A stretch of DNA of 63,968 nt, taken from contig CM119270.1 of NCBI GenBank assembly GCA_051294375.1, forward strand, positions 3,157,436 to 3,221,403. Reading direction: 5' to 3'. The notes beneath the pieces are model-generated. The model did not search any database and was not told where the DNA came from. It saw nothing but the letters and a program-made list of their open reading frames with translations. The DNA comes from Paraspadella gotoi (lineage: Eukaryota > Animalia > Chaetognatha). Shown one piece after another: positions 25,411 to 36,536 of this stretch (position 1 is its first letter; each line of letters starts with the position of its first letter). Both the position numbers and the translations under genes were made by a program.

Positions 25411-28400
25411 TCATTTTTCGGGACTGGAGCCCGGTCCACCGCCATCGACGGGTTTGATGACGCCCCACTCCCTGGCCGCTTCCAACGCCCTCTCGGCGAA
25501 CTTGATGACCTGCGCCCGAGAAGGATCCTCGTCCAGTTTGGTGATGGCCATCAATATCTCCATCAAGTCTCCGTAGCAGATCCGTTGCGCCGCCTCCTCG
25601 CAGGACTCCATCATATTCGCGATGAGGAAGACGCCGCGCGCCTGGAGTTCCACGTTGGCCTCCATGCAGAGATTGCGGAAGGTGTCGTACCACTGCTTGA
25701 CCGTCATGATGCGGCGGCAGTTGTTCTCGTGGAGAGTGAGGTGGGCCAGGGCGCCGGCTGCGGCGCGGACGAGTTCGAAGTCTTCCTCTTCGCAGTAGAG
25801 GATGAGGAGCTTCATCCGCTCCGTCACGTCCGTCTCGAATCTCTTGGCGACGTCTTCCGACATCACGAGGTTGTTGATTACCTCTGTCGCGGCGCGGCGG
25901 AGGACCGGGTGCTCCTGATCGAACATGATAGTCTCCACGGAGGCGAAGCCTTTCTCCGCGTAAATTCGTTTGCGGACGGCGTCGCCCATCGACGCTAAAT
26001 TTGTTAGCGCCAGGAGGCCTGTGGTCGAGGGGAGGCCATGTTAGTAAATTAGTAAAAATTACTCAATAATAACAATAATAATAATAATAATTGTTATGTA
26101 ACGTCAGCGAAGCTCCTCTCCGCCTCCCTCCCTCCATTTCTCCCTCTCCAGGAGTTTTTAAAGACAGAACCTCAATCAATCGATAGTTAAATAATTTAAT
26201 TAACTTATTACTTCTTAACTTTAGTACAGTATAAAATAATGATTTGGGCGTTGCCGGGTATTTAGTAATTCGATTCGTTTACCCTCAAAAGTCTCCATTC
26301 CCGTCTTGTCGTATTCCAGCAGCGACAAAATGGGTCTGACTGCGTCGCAGGCTCGCTGTCCACTGAAGGCGATGTTGGGATCCATGCTGATGGCGATCCG
26401 AGCGAGGGACTGTTGGGCTCGCTTCTTGCAGTCGTCGTTGCCGTTGTTGCCGAGGTTGATGAGGGTGCGGACGCCGCCGGCGGCGACCACGTGACCTCGA
26501 TGATCTTTGTCGCGCGTGATGGCCTCGTATACGCGAGAGCAGTTTTCCTTAATTTAAATTTTAAAATCTACAATTTTTATTCATTCAGTGATTTTAACTA
26601 TTTGTTTTTTTTTTTGCCACTCAAATCCCTTACCTGAACCTTTTTGGAGTCGCTCTGCGCCAAGACATTGAGAACCGTTGAAACCTGATACTCCATAAGA
26701 GTACTAATACGCTGTTCCACGTACTTTGCCTTGTCCCCTTCATGCTGCTCGGGGACGTGATGTTTCGCGAAACGCGCCACCTGATATTGTTTAACATTAA
26801 AATTACAATTAGCTATTTAAGTATAAGACAGAATTATGGTGAAATGTATTAAGGATGAATTCCATCAAGAGTCACAAAACGGCGCCACACGCCCACCTTC
26901 TCCAACTCCTCCCGACACATTTCCTTCTCGTCGTCCTTGTTGAAGTAAGTGTTGGTAAGATTGACCAAGACTGTGGTGACGGCGTACTGACCCAATCGCT
27001 TGGTGTGCTTGGCGATGTCGAAGAGCGCCTCGATGATTTCGTCGTCGTCAATGACCTCCTCCTTGATGTCCGCCTTTAAAGTGAGGCACGCGAGACCTTC
27101 GGCGGCCCATCGCCGCTGATCGTAGTCCTTCTCCGGATTCAGGAGAAACTTCCTCGTTACCTTCATGAGCTGCTGGTAACTCTGGTCGGCCATGTAGACT
27201 TGAGAAGCGTCCTGCCCGCCGGTTGAAGCGCACTTGCACAGACCGACCAAGGCGCGCACCTTGATCTCGGGGTGTTGGGACTTGTAGAGCTCCTTGAGCA
27301 CCCCCATGCCGATGTTGATAATCGATCGCGCGGCCGTCTGCTTGGTGGCCGAAGAAGCGATGGCCTCCACGGCAATGAGTTGCTGCAGCTTGTCCTCCGA
27401 CTGCGCCAGAACCATCATGAGTTCGATCATGCCGGGACGACCGAGAATGGCGTTGCCAACGTCGATAGGGCCTTCCAAGAGTGTCGTCAAGGCGACGCAG
27501 GCTCTCGCTTTGTTAACGATCTTCTCGTCCGTCAAAAGATCGTTCATGAACTCTTTCACCTTCTCTTGATACTCCTCTCTTTCCGAGTCGGAGATCATTT
27601 CGTCGTAAATGGCTTGGAGACAGTGGCTCACGTGCATCCGCGTGTTGTCCGTCACCGCCAGCGCGTTCATTTCGGGTCGGTAGCTTCCGGCGCGCAGCAT
27701 CCGCCGCAGGCCCCAGCGGAGAAACTCGTAGGTCCATCCGACGCCGCGGAAACGATCAAAGTTCTTGTGAATGACCTCGACAACGTTGTCGCGGGCGTTG
27801 GCGGCGACTTCCTTATTGTCGAGCAGCAAGCAGAGACTCTCCATCATCTGCTTGACGATTTCCCAGTTCTCCACGGCGACGTAGCGTTCCAAGTTGCGAC
27901 GATTGGCCGTGAGGCGGAAGCACCCGCTCATGTACCTCAAGAGGTTCGTGCAAAGGATCGAAGAGGCGATGGAAATGTCGTCGTCGGAAGACATGAGGGC
28001 GGAGCCGATGAGTTTGAGGCCGATGTCTCGATAGACGAGCAACGTCCTCGTCTGCGTCTCGTCCTTGGCAAGGCTTCCCAACGCTCGGACGGCCGCCAGT
28101 CTCACTTCCCGATCAGAGTCCTCCAGCATGTCCCGCAGTTTGGCCACGCCCCCTTTGGCGCAGAGCGAGTTGGCGGTGGCGTCTTCGCGCGCGAGGACGA
28201 GAATGTTGTTGGCGGCGTCGCGGCGTTTCTGAGCGTCCTCCTCGTCGTCGTCGACGATGGTTAGCATCGTCTCCATCTGCTTGTTCATGTCCCGCTGATC
28301 CTTGGCTTTTTCGTAGACTCGCTCGCGGAGCCGTTCCATCGTCTGCTGGAAAGTCTTGTTCTTGGGATCCATCTGGATAAGTTTGGCCATATTCTGGGCG

Positions 28401-28687
28401 GCGTCTTCGATCTTGTCCAGCGCCTCCTCCGCCTGCACCTGACGGAAGAGGGCCTTTGGGTCGTTGGGGGCGAGAGAGAGGGACTCCACGGCGTCGGACA
28501 AGGCCCCCTCGTAGTCCTCCTGTTTGAGTTTGCAGGCGGAACGGTTCTTCAAGTAGACGGCGCATTCTTTGTCGTTTTTCGCTCGGTCGCTGAACTTGAG
28601 GGCCTTAGTGTAGCAGGAGATGGCCTCGTCGTATTCCTCTGCCTTGAAATGTTCGTTGCCCTTTTCTTTTAATGAGTTGGGATCCAT
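25411..28687 (-). CDS. UNC45: UNC-45 myosin chaperone (TPR + central + UCS domain), 4 exons
   Basis: N-terminal TPRs (LKEKGNEHFK..YDEAISCYTKAL; KALFRQ), RRWAAEGLACLTLKADIKEE, ARFAKHHVPEQH, QSLARIAISMDPNIAFSGQR and LRRAATEVINNL. Confidence 0.95.
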
Positions 28688-28850
28688 TTTTTAAAAATTT
28701 TATTATTGTAACATTAAGGGGAGTTTTTTTTTCTACCCTTGAAGTTGAAATAAATATACGTCTTATAACAAGCCTAGTAAAAGTAAAGAACAATAACGAA
28801 AAAGTTCGGGAATGTTGATAATAAACGAAACAACAACGACGGCGACAATG

Positions 28851-29079
28851 TCATCGGGTTTGGCTCGCGGAATCCGCGCTCATCGCTTCATCCAAAGTTC
28901 GACGAACAAATTTTGTTCTCTGAAACGCGCGATCGACGCAGGTTTGGATCTTCGGCTGCGGAATCGCGGCGCCGCCGGGTTTGTGCAGCAGGAGGACGCG
29001 ATCTGCGGTCGTCACGACAGACATCTGCGGGGGAGAGGAGCGGTATATAGGAGTTGGGTGGGAGGGAAGGAGATGGGGG

Positions 29080-29139
<60 letters not shown>

Positions 29140-30587
29140 GAGAGAGAGTGTTCTAAAAATTCTTAAACGCAAAAGAGAGGGTAAAAAAGGCAGAAATACA
29201 AAATAAAAATGTTTCAAAAAGTGGGAAAGTGAAAAGAAAATTGACAAAAAAAAAAAAAAAAAAAAGAAAGAAAGAAGAAGAGAGAAGACAATTTTTTTTC
29301 TTTTCCACTCACCTGTCCGTCCATCGCGAGCTCTTCCTCTTCTCTGTTGGCGTCGACGAGCAAGATCCCGTCCTCGAAGACGGAGAAGGTCGTCGACGAG
29401 GGAATTCTATTGAGATCCACCGCAAGAGGGACTCGCTCTTCACGACTCACCTGCGAAAAAAAAAGGGGAAAAAATGATGGCTTGAATAAGTATTCACCGA
29501 TATAATAATTACGAGAGTGGTCATTTTATACAATTAAAACATTTTTTTAAATATTTTATTTTTCATTAATAGGGAAGCCAGGTACTTTGGGAGTGAATAA
29601 ACTCAACTGCGAGAGAGTCTTGATTATGTTATTATTTTGTAAGAAGGATGGAGGCCTCAACCCATCATAGTCTGTCCAAAGTCAAGGGCAAGAGTTATAA
29701 AGAAAAAGATATATCCACTAAATTCCCCACAAACCGAGATGGCTTTAGTTTCCGCGTCGAATTTGACCACCGGCAGACTCGTGACGCAGAGGGCGGCGAC
29801 GGCGGCCGCCAGCGTCGCGTCGAAGACGTTTCCGTCAAAATCCAGGCAGACGACGTCGACGAAAAGACAAAAGGCGAGGCGGCCGGGGGCGAGGCAGAGG
29901 GCGCGCGGGTCGACAAAGGCCGAGGCGGTGAGAACGTCGGAGAGAGTCTGGCTCAAGACTTGCGCCAATTCGGAGGGAGGACCGGATTTGAAAGACGGAG
30001 AGCAGCCGGCGTTGAGTTCCAAGTTGGGAACGAGGCGACCCTGGTCGGGGGAGTCGTCTTGGAGGGGGGAAGGGATGGGGAGAGGAAGGGAGAGAGGGGG
30101 AGTGGTGAAGATAAAGAGTAAAATAAGAATAAACTGAGTCAGTTCAGAGAACTGAATGATCGATGACGACAAGTTCGATCGACCTGAAAACGGTGATCCG
30201 ATGAAGGCCTGGCTGCTCACCTATGAATCTCACCTTTGAATATTTCTGTAAATAGTTTTCCTTTTGCGTTTTTTATTTTTTTTTCCTAATTCTTGTATGA
30301 TGACGATTCTTATCATACCTCTTCCATACTTCAATACTATTACATTACAATATAAACTATTTCAACTCACCCGGCTGGGGTTCGAAGAGCTCCACCTTGA
30401 CGCCGCAGATAACGGAGGTGGCGCCGATTTTGACCAACGCCGATCCGTCGGCAGTCGACTCCACGGGTCGCAGCTTCAACGTCGTCGCCCGGAACTCACC
30501 CAGTTCCCGTCCGTCCGGTCGCGCGTCCGCCGAGAGGAATTTCCGGTAAAACTCCATCGGCTGCGCGAGTTTCAGATCAACAGCCAT
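28851..30587 (-). CDS. EXOSC8: Exosome complex component RRP43, 4 exons
   Basis: QPMEFYRKFL..RPDGRELGEFR, ADGSALVKIGATSVICGVK, FKSGPPSELAQVLSQ, DVVCLDFDGNVFDA and LHKPGG; stop TGA at 28851-28853. Confidence 0.93.
29570..29695 (+). repeat. Short interspersed repeat family, copy in EXOSC8 intron
   Basis: agggaagccaggtact ... ttattttgtaaga.ggatg ... tccaaagtca shared with 41507-41620. Confidence 0.7.
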
Positions 30588-32890
30588 CGGGTTTTTTCAA
30601 TAACGGATTTTTATGGGGAGGGCGGAGGATGAAACTATTGTTTGAGCTTTGTCAAATTTTAGTCTGCATTTCTTTTCGCAAGGTTGACAGAGCTAAATGT
30701 TAAAACGAAATAAGTTGAATGAAAAAATTCTTACGGATTAAACAAACGCTGTAAAAATAAAAATAATGATACTCTTGTTGAGAGGATTACGTAAAGCGTA
30801 GGGCCGAGAGAGAAAAACATTCTGTCAACAAATTCGTAATAATATATTTAAAAATTAAAATTTTCTATGTGTATAAATTGTTCGAGCCTAGAAAACGCCG
30901 AAAAGAATGTAGTTCGACTCGAAAGATTAAAAAGAATTCCAATTTCAAATAAAAATAAGCCTGCTATCTTTAAGTACTTTTTTAGAATGCAATTCTTCTC
31001 AATCTATATTCACTAAAGTGGGAAACAGCAGGATAAAAAAAAAATCTAGGAAATTGAAAAAGATTTTTCTTCATGCATAATGAATTTATCATTAAACGAC
31101 GCACACTGAAATCACAAGGAAGTCATTTAGAGAAAAAAGTTAATGGGCTAAAGTAACACGCAAATAGATCATGCGATTACAAAAATGACGACTGTTATTA
31201 ATTACTCGATCGATATTCTTTGGTGGCACTATAAAGTTTAGTGGTGCGAAAAGACTAAGTACTCAGTCTCAGGTGATTTAATGAATGAGAACGACTTCTG
31301 TTCGCCGCTTTTAACAACAAAGATAAATAATTGACTAAATCCGAAAATGTAAATCTATCAAAAGTATTATCTTCTGTCGACTCAAATTGACCTCAGTTAA
31401 TCAACAGCATCTTTTGTTGGATTAAAAAAAATATAGAATGCTTCATCTTCTAACAATTGAAACGCAAAAAATAATTCTTTTTTAAACTTACAAAAAACTT
31501 TCATAGCCACTTCCCAATTAATCTTTTTCAATTTCCTTTTTTCACTAACAATATTATACTACTGTAAATATAGAATTTTGAAGCGCTAAAACGGCAATAA
31601 CAATCATTCAACAAGGGATCTTTATATATACTCTAGGCGCACAACCAACATACACAAATGACGCGCACAAAAAAAGGAGACGACAAAACACGAAAACCAC
31701 GGGGAGAAAAAATTAGCACGAAACTCGACCGTTAATAAAATCTACATATGGATGCCATATAAAAGAAAACCAACAAACACAATTTTTTTTTCTTTAATTC
31801 ACGACTTGACCCAACGAGGAATTTCCATGGTATTTCTCACGATCGGAGACCGCAAATTATTAACAAATTGTGAGGCGGTGACTTATCACAAGCGAGTTGA
31901 ACTCACCCCGATATCCAATGAAGAAATCTCATGGAAATAAAATGAAACGACGGCCCGACGAAAAAAAAAATTCATTTATGGAAAAGAAAAAGAAAAGTCG
32001 CTCTCTCTAAATAATTCAAAAACGATTAGACTTAAATAATAAGCTAACCGGTAACCAGGCATTTTAAAAATATTGGCGATGAAATAAAAAGTAAAACAAG
32101 ATCGCCAAGAAAAAATTCGGTTAAAAAAAAACTAAATATATAATTAAAATCGTAAGAGGCCGATTATGCAAATTAAATAAAATTTAAGCTACTAACTGTC
32201 ATGGAGTGAATAAAATCTCTGCAAGCTACGATGCTATACGATTCTTTCGAATGTCATTTCAGTCAATGATTGAATAAACTCTGGAAGACTATATTTCGTA
32301 ACGAATTTTGTAACCTAAAACTAAATTAAATACAAATTCGGTCCAAAAAAAATATATAACCGTTAAAAGTAACGAATAAATAAATAATTATAATAGTAAA
32401 AAAATTGATATTCGTCGTCTCTCTCACATTAATTCCTTCCCAGCGTCTCCCCACAAAAAAAGAAAATAGGAAACGAGATTCGAAAATCCCAACCGACAGA
32501 GAGAATATCACAGGTCGTCGTCGTCGTCTTCATTGGCCGATTTAACAAAGAGCAGAAGCGGCGTTGCCTTCGGTGGGTCAAGTTGTAGTCAATTAAAGTC
32601 CAGATTATCGATACCTCCGAGGGACTGAAGAAGAAGCCGAGCGGGGGGCCGCTCTGTCCGCCCGATCCCCATTTCCATAAGAGAGGGGGGGTGGTGGTGT
32701 CGAGTGGGGAGTGGGGGAGTGTTGAGCCCAAATCGATCGATGTAAGGATTTGAAAAAGAAGGTAAAAAGGGGGTTTTGGGGGGTCGGTGGGTTTTTGGAG
32801 GACGGAAGATGGACCCGGGCATGCCCAGAATGGCCTGACCTCTAATTCGGCTTCTCTTTCATGGTTTAGATTTCATGCATCCGAAAAATA

Positions 32891-34876
32891 TTAATCTTTC
32901 CGGACAGGATCGCAGGTATCGACGTGATCGACGATCGTGGTCCTGTCGCGATACTTAGACGGCGTCTGGTAGTTGTGAAGCACCGGGCGGATGAGCGTCT
33001 TGATCCTTTCCAGGGGCGTGCCCGGCGTCAGAAGAACCTTGATGACGGCCGTCGCGGGCACACAGACCATTGAGGCGAAGGCCATGGATTGGCCGATGGT
33101 CAAAGCCCAGGTGGGGTACTGGTAATCGTTGTAGGTTAACGGCTGAAACATGACGATGGAGAAGATCAAGATGCCCAGGGTCACCGCCGGAGTTAGGTAG
33201 CTCCAGCAGATGGAGAACCAGGGACTGATGCGGAACCCCAGCATGACTTCGAGATTATCGCTGAAACGCTTGGCGCCGTAGAACCAGGCGACGGTGACCG
33301 CTTCGAAGAAGCAGACCCAAAGGAGTGACATGCCCGAAGCAGCGTAGTAGTCGAACAGCTGGAACACGTACATCCCGCCCTGGGTCACCATGGTGAGGCC
33401 GAGCAGGTAGGACACCGTGACGACGGCCAAAGTGATGTAGGGGCGGCGGTGGCGCAGCTGCCTGGGAAACTTGTCGATGATGGCGGTGAGGAAGGCCTCC
33501 ACGCCGACAATCTGACTCCCGAGACCCAGAGTGATGATCATGACAAAGAACAATACGCTCCACAGTTGCGGCAGAGAGGGCATGAGAGCGATAGCCTTAG
33601 GGTAAGCGATGAAGGCCAACCCGGGACCCTTCTCCGCCACTTCCGATACGGCCACGCCTCTCTCTTTGGCCATGAAGCCAAGGATGGAGAAAATGGCAAC
33701 GCCTCCATATAAGGAAGTGGCGCTGTTGATGGAGGCCACGATGATGCAATCCTTGTAGCAATTGTTGTAGAAGTTGTTGTAGGATCCGAGAGCGATCATG
33801 GCTCCCAACGCGATGGCATAGGAGAAGAAGATCTGAGTGCCGGCATCGACCCAGACCTGAGCTTCGGCCAGCTTGGTCAGGTTGGGCTTCAGGTAAAACT
33901 CTATCCCGTCTCCGGCCCCGGGAAGGGTCACGCCGCGGATGAGAAGGATCGTGATGACGATGTAGGGGAAAGTTGCCGTAAAGTAGACCACTTTCCCAGT
34001 CACCTTTAAGCCTTTAAAAAGGCAGAAAAAAACGAGGATCCAAATGATAAGGAGACAAATGGCGAGCTCCCAGACCAGGTCCCCGACTTGATCGATCCCT
34101 CCTGTGATGCGGAGAACCTTCTTCTCCCAAAACTCCATGACGGGGTCCACGCAATCATCGAGGGTTTGGTTGCCCGCGCCGCCGCGGCTGCAGGCCACCG
34201 TAGCGTTGGCCGCCGTCTGGACGACTCGAGGATAAAAGCATTTGGCCGTGTTCCACGAGTTTTCGCAGTGAGCCCAAGGCAGGAGGCTCACGGAAAAAGA
34301 CATCCAAAGGTAGTAGAGACTCCAAGCCAGTATAATGATGTAGTAGATGTTCAGCAGGAAAGTAATGACCGTGGTGGCGTAGCCGATTCCTTCCATGATG
34401 GGGCAGACGTTCCACGCCCCTATGGGTCCCGTCTGCATAAATTGGCCGAGTGATATCTCCAAGAAAAAAATGGGCAATCCCCCGGCAACCAGGCAGATGA
34501 AGTAAGGGATTAAAAAGGCTCCCCCGCCGTTCTTGTAGCAGAGATAAGGAAACCTCCAAATGTTGCCGAGGCCAACGGCGAATCCGATGCAGGACATGAG
34601 GAAATCCAACTTGCCCGTCCAGGATTCTCGAGCTTGAACCTTGTCCAGGCTGGACGTTTCCGAGGAGGAAGCCGAGGAAGCGTTGGTGTCGCTCTGGCTT
34701 CCTCGCAGCGGCTCGCTGCTGCCCTCCGACCTGCTCAGCTCCCCGTCGGGCTGCTTTGAAACTCCGAGTAGCTTCATGTCCACCGTGAATCCGGGATCAT
34801 CCGCGTCGATGCTCAACGCCGACTCTCCCGGCGCCGATGGGCGGGTCTCGGCCCGAAGGTATTCAGTGGACTTCAT
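32891..34876 (-). CDS. SLC6 Na+/Cl- dependent transporter, GABA/taurine/creatine subfamily; coding region intronless
   Basis: Single 661-aa ORF with RESWTGKLDFLMSCIGFAVGLGNIWRFPYLCYKNGGGAF, GKVVYFTATFPY, WVDAGTQIFFSY, GPGLAFIAYP and GMYVFQLFDYYAASG. Confidence 0.95.
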   Translation of the reverse strand: MKSTEYLRAETRPSAPGESALSIDADDPGFTVDMKLLGVSKQPDGELSRSEGSSEPLRGSQSDTNASSASSSETSSLDKVQARESWTGKLDFLMSCIGFAVGLGNIWRFPYLCYKNGGGAFLIPYFICLVAGGLPIFFLEISLGQFMQTGPIGAWNVCPIMEGIGYATTVITFLLNIYYIIILAWSLYYLWMSFSVSLLPWAHCENSWNTAKCFYPRVVQTAANATVACSRGGAGNQTLDDCVDPVMEFWEKKVLRITGGIDQVGDLVWELAICLLIIWILVFFCLFKGLKVTGKVVYFTATFPYIVITILLIRGVTLPGAGDGIEFYLKPNLTKLAEAQVWVDAGTQIFFSYAIALGAMIALGSYNNFYNNCYKDCIIVASINSATSLYGGVAIFSILGFMAKERGVAVSEVAEKGPGLAFIAYPKAIALMPSLPQLWSVLFFVMIITLGLGSQIVGVEAFLTAIIDKFPRQLRHRRPYITLAVVTVSYLLGLTMVTQGGMYVFQLFDYYAASGMSLLWVCFFEAVTVAWFYGAKRFSDNLEVMLGFRISPWFSICWSYLTPAVTLGILIFSIVMFQPLTYNDYQYPTWALTIGQSMAFASMVCVPATAVIKVLLTPGTPLERIKTLIRPVLHNYQTPSKYRDRTTIVDHVDTCDPVRKD

Positions 34877-35804
34877 TGGATCGGAAGTATGGGGCGATCG
34901 AATCGAATCATCGATCGGCGGGTGGGTTGGGGTTTGAAGGGAGGTTTGAGCTCCCGAAGTATCAAGTTATCACAGATTTGAAGAAGGATGCCATGAGAGG
35001 GCACTGAGTATCGTCGAAATTTAGAATAATCTTTGGTCAGAGTAGTTTATTGTTTTCTTTTTTCCAAAATAAAAAAATATTGGTTTCTGTTCGAATAAAA
35101 AGAAAAAAACAACGATTATCATTATACATGGGAGAGATATTTAAGCTACGTATAATAATAACAAATTTTTTAAAAAAAAAGTAAAAAAGTAAATCACCTC
35201 TTTTTTGTGATACTATATAATCTTGAATGGTATATCTTGAAAGAAAATCCTTAAAAACAAAAAAGCGCAACAAAATTTCTCAGCGAGAAAATGAATATCA
35301 ATTTTTCCGGCCGAATATTTCGAAATGTAAAAATGCCGGGAAAAATATTTTTTAATCCAAAGTAAAATTTAAAAAAAAAAGTAAAAAATAATAAAATGGC
35401 GATGATTTGAGAGAAGGACGTTCAGCGAAAATCAGAGGAGCTTCAGAATTCAGTGCGCCCGGCGAGAGCGAGAGATCGAAAAATGGAGAGAGAGAGAGAG
35501 AGGGAGAGAGAGAGAGAGAGAGAGAAAAGAGGAAAATCGAAAAGTAGTTGAAAGGCCCAACGCGTCGACGTGCAATGAAGAAGGGTTAAACGCAAATCAA
35601 GGTGAGAGGTAACATTACGTACAAACGTTATGACTTTACTTTTTATTCTTTAAATTCTCATTCGCAAACCATCTTTCGCCCCCACCCCCAAGAAAAAAAA
35701 AAAGAAAACACGGCTGCATAGTCAATCACTGATTTTCTCATTAGCAAAATAAATTATTGTAAAATCAATAATATTTTGGGCGTCAAGTTCACTCTTAGAC
35801 TAAG

Positions 35805-35838
<34 letters not shown>

Positions 35839-36335
35839 GGACCAACTCGACGATCATAAATGAGGAAAAAACGTTGTTTACAAAAAAACCAAAAAACGCA
35901 TTGACTTTGAGCCATATTTTTTTTTCAATTTGGAAAACTGACGCGAACGATCAACCTCATACAGTTTGAGGCAATCCGAAATAACAAGACTCGCAAAAAT
36001 AGTATTTTTAAACAATACACATTTAATCAGTTATTGGGTTAAACAAAAAAAAAAAAGAATGTTAATTCACCAATCGCAACCATCCTTACAGGGAATTAAA
36101 CTTACTTTAAACTGGTTAATCCGAAGAGAAAGTGAAGGAAGACCGAAACCGAAATTGATTCCTCAACTCGGATCCCGTTTCAAAAAAATATAATAAAAAA
36201 AGCTCTGGGATCGAGATTCGAGAAAAGTCTAGAAAGTTCTATTTCTGTCTCGAACCATAATTCGATTCGGGTTTGAACTCCCTCCGCTCCCGCTCCGCCC
36301 AAACTCTTCTTCTTCTTCTTCTCCCTCTCTCTCTC

Positions 36336-36393
<58 letters not shown>

Positions 36394-36536
36394 AAGCGTG
36401 ATACGAAGAGAGAGTTCGGGCAACATTCGCCGGTTATCGATTCATAATAAATGGAAGAGGCCGGAGAGGGGGGGGAAAGAACAAGAAAAATAAAAAGTCA
36501 GATAAATATAAACCGTAAGAAAACTCGAGAATAAAA

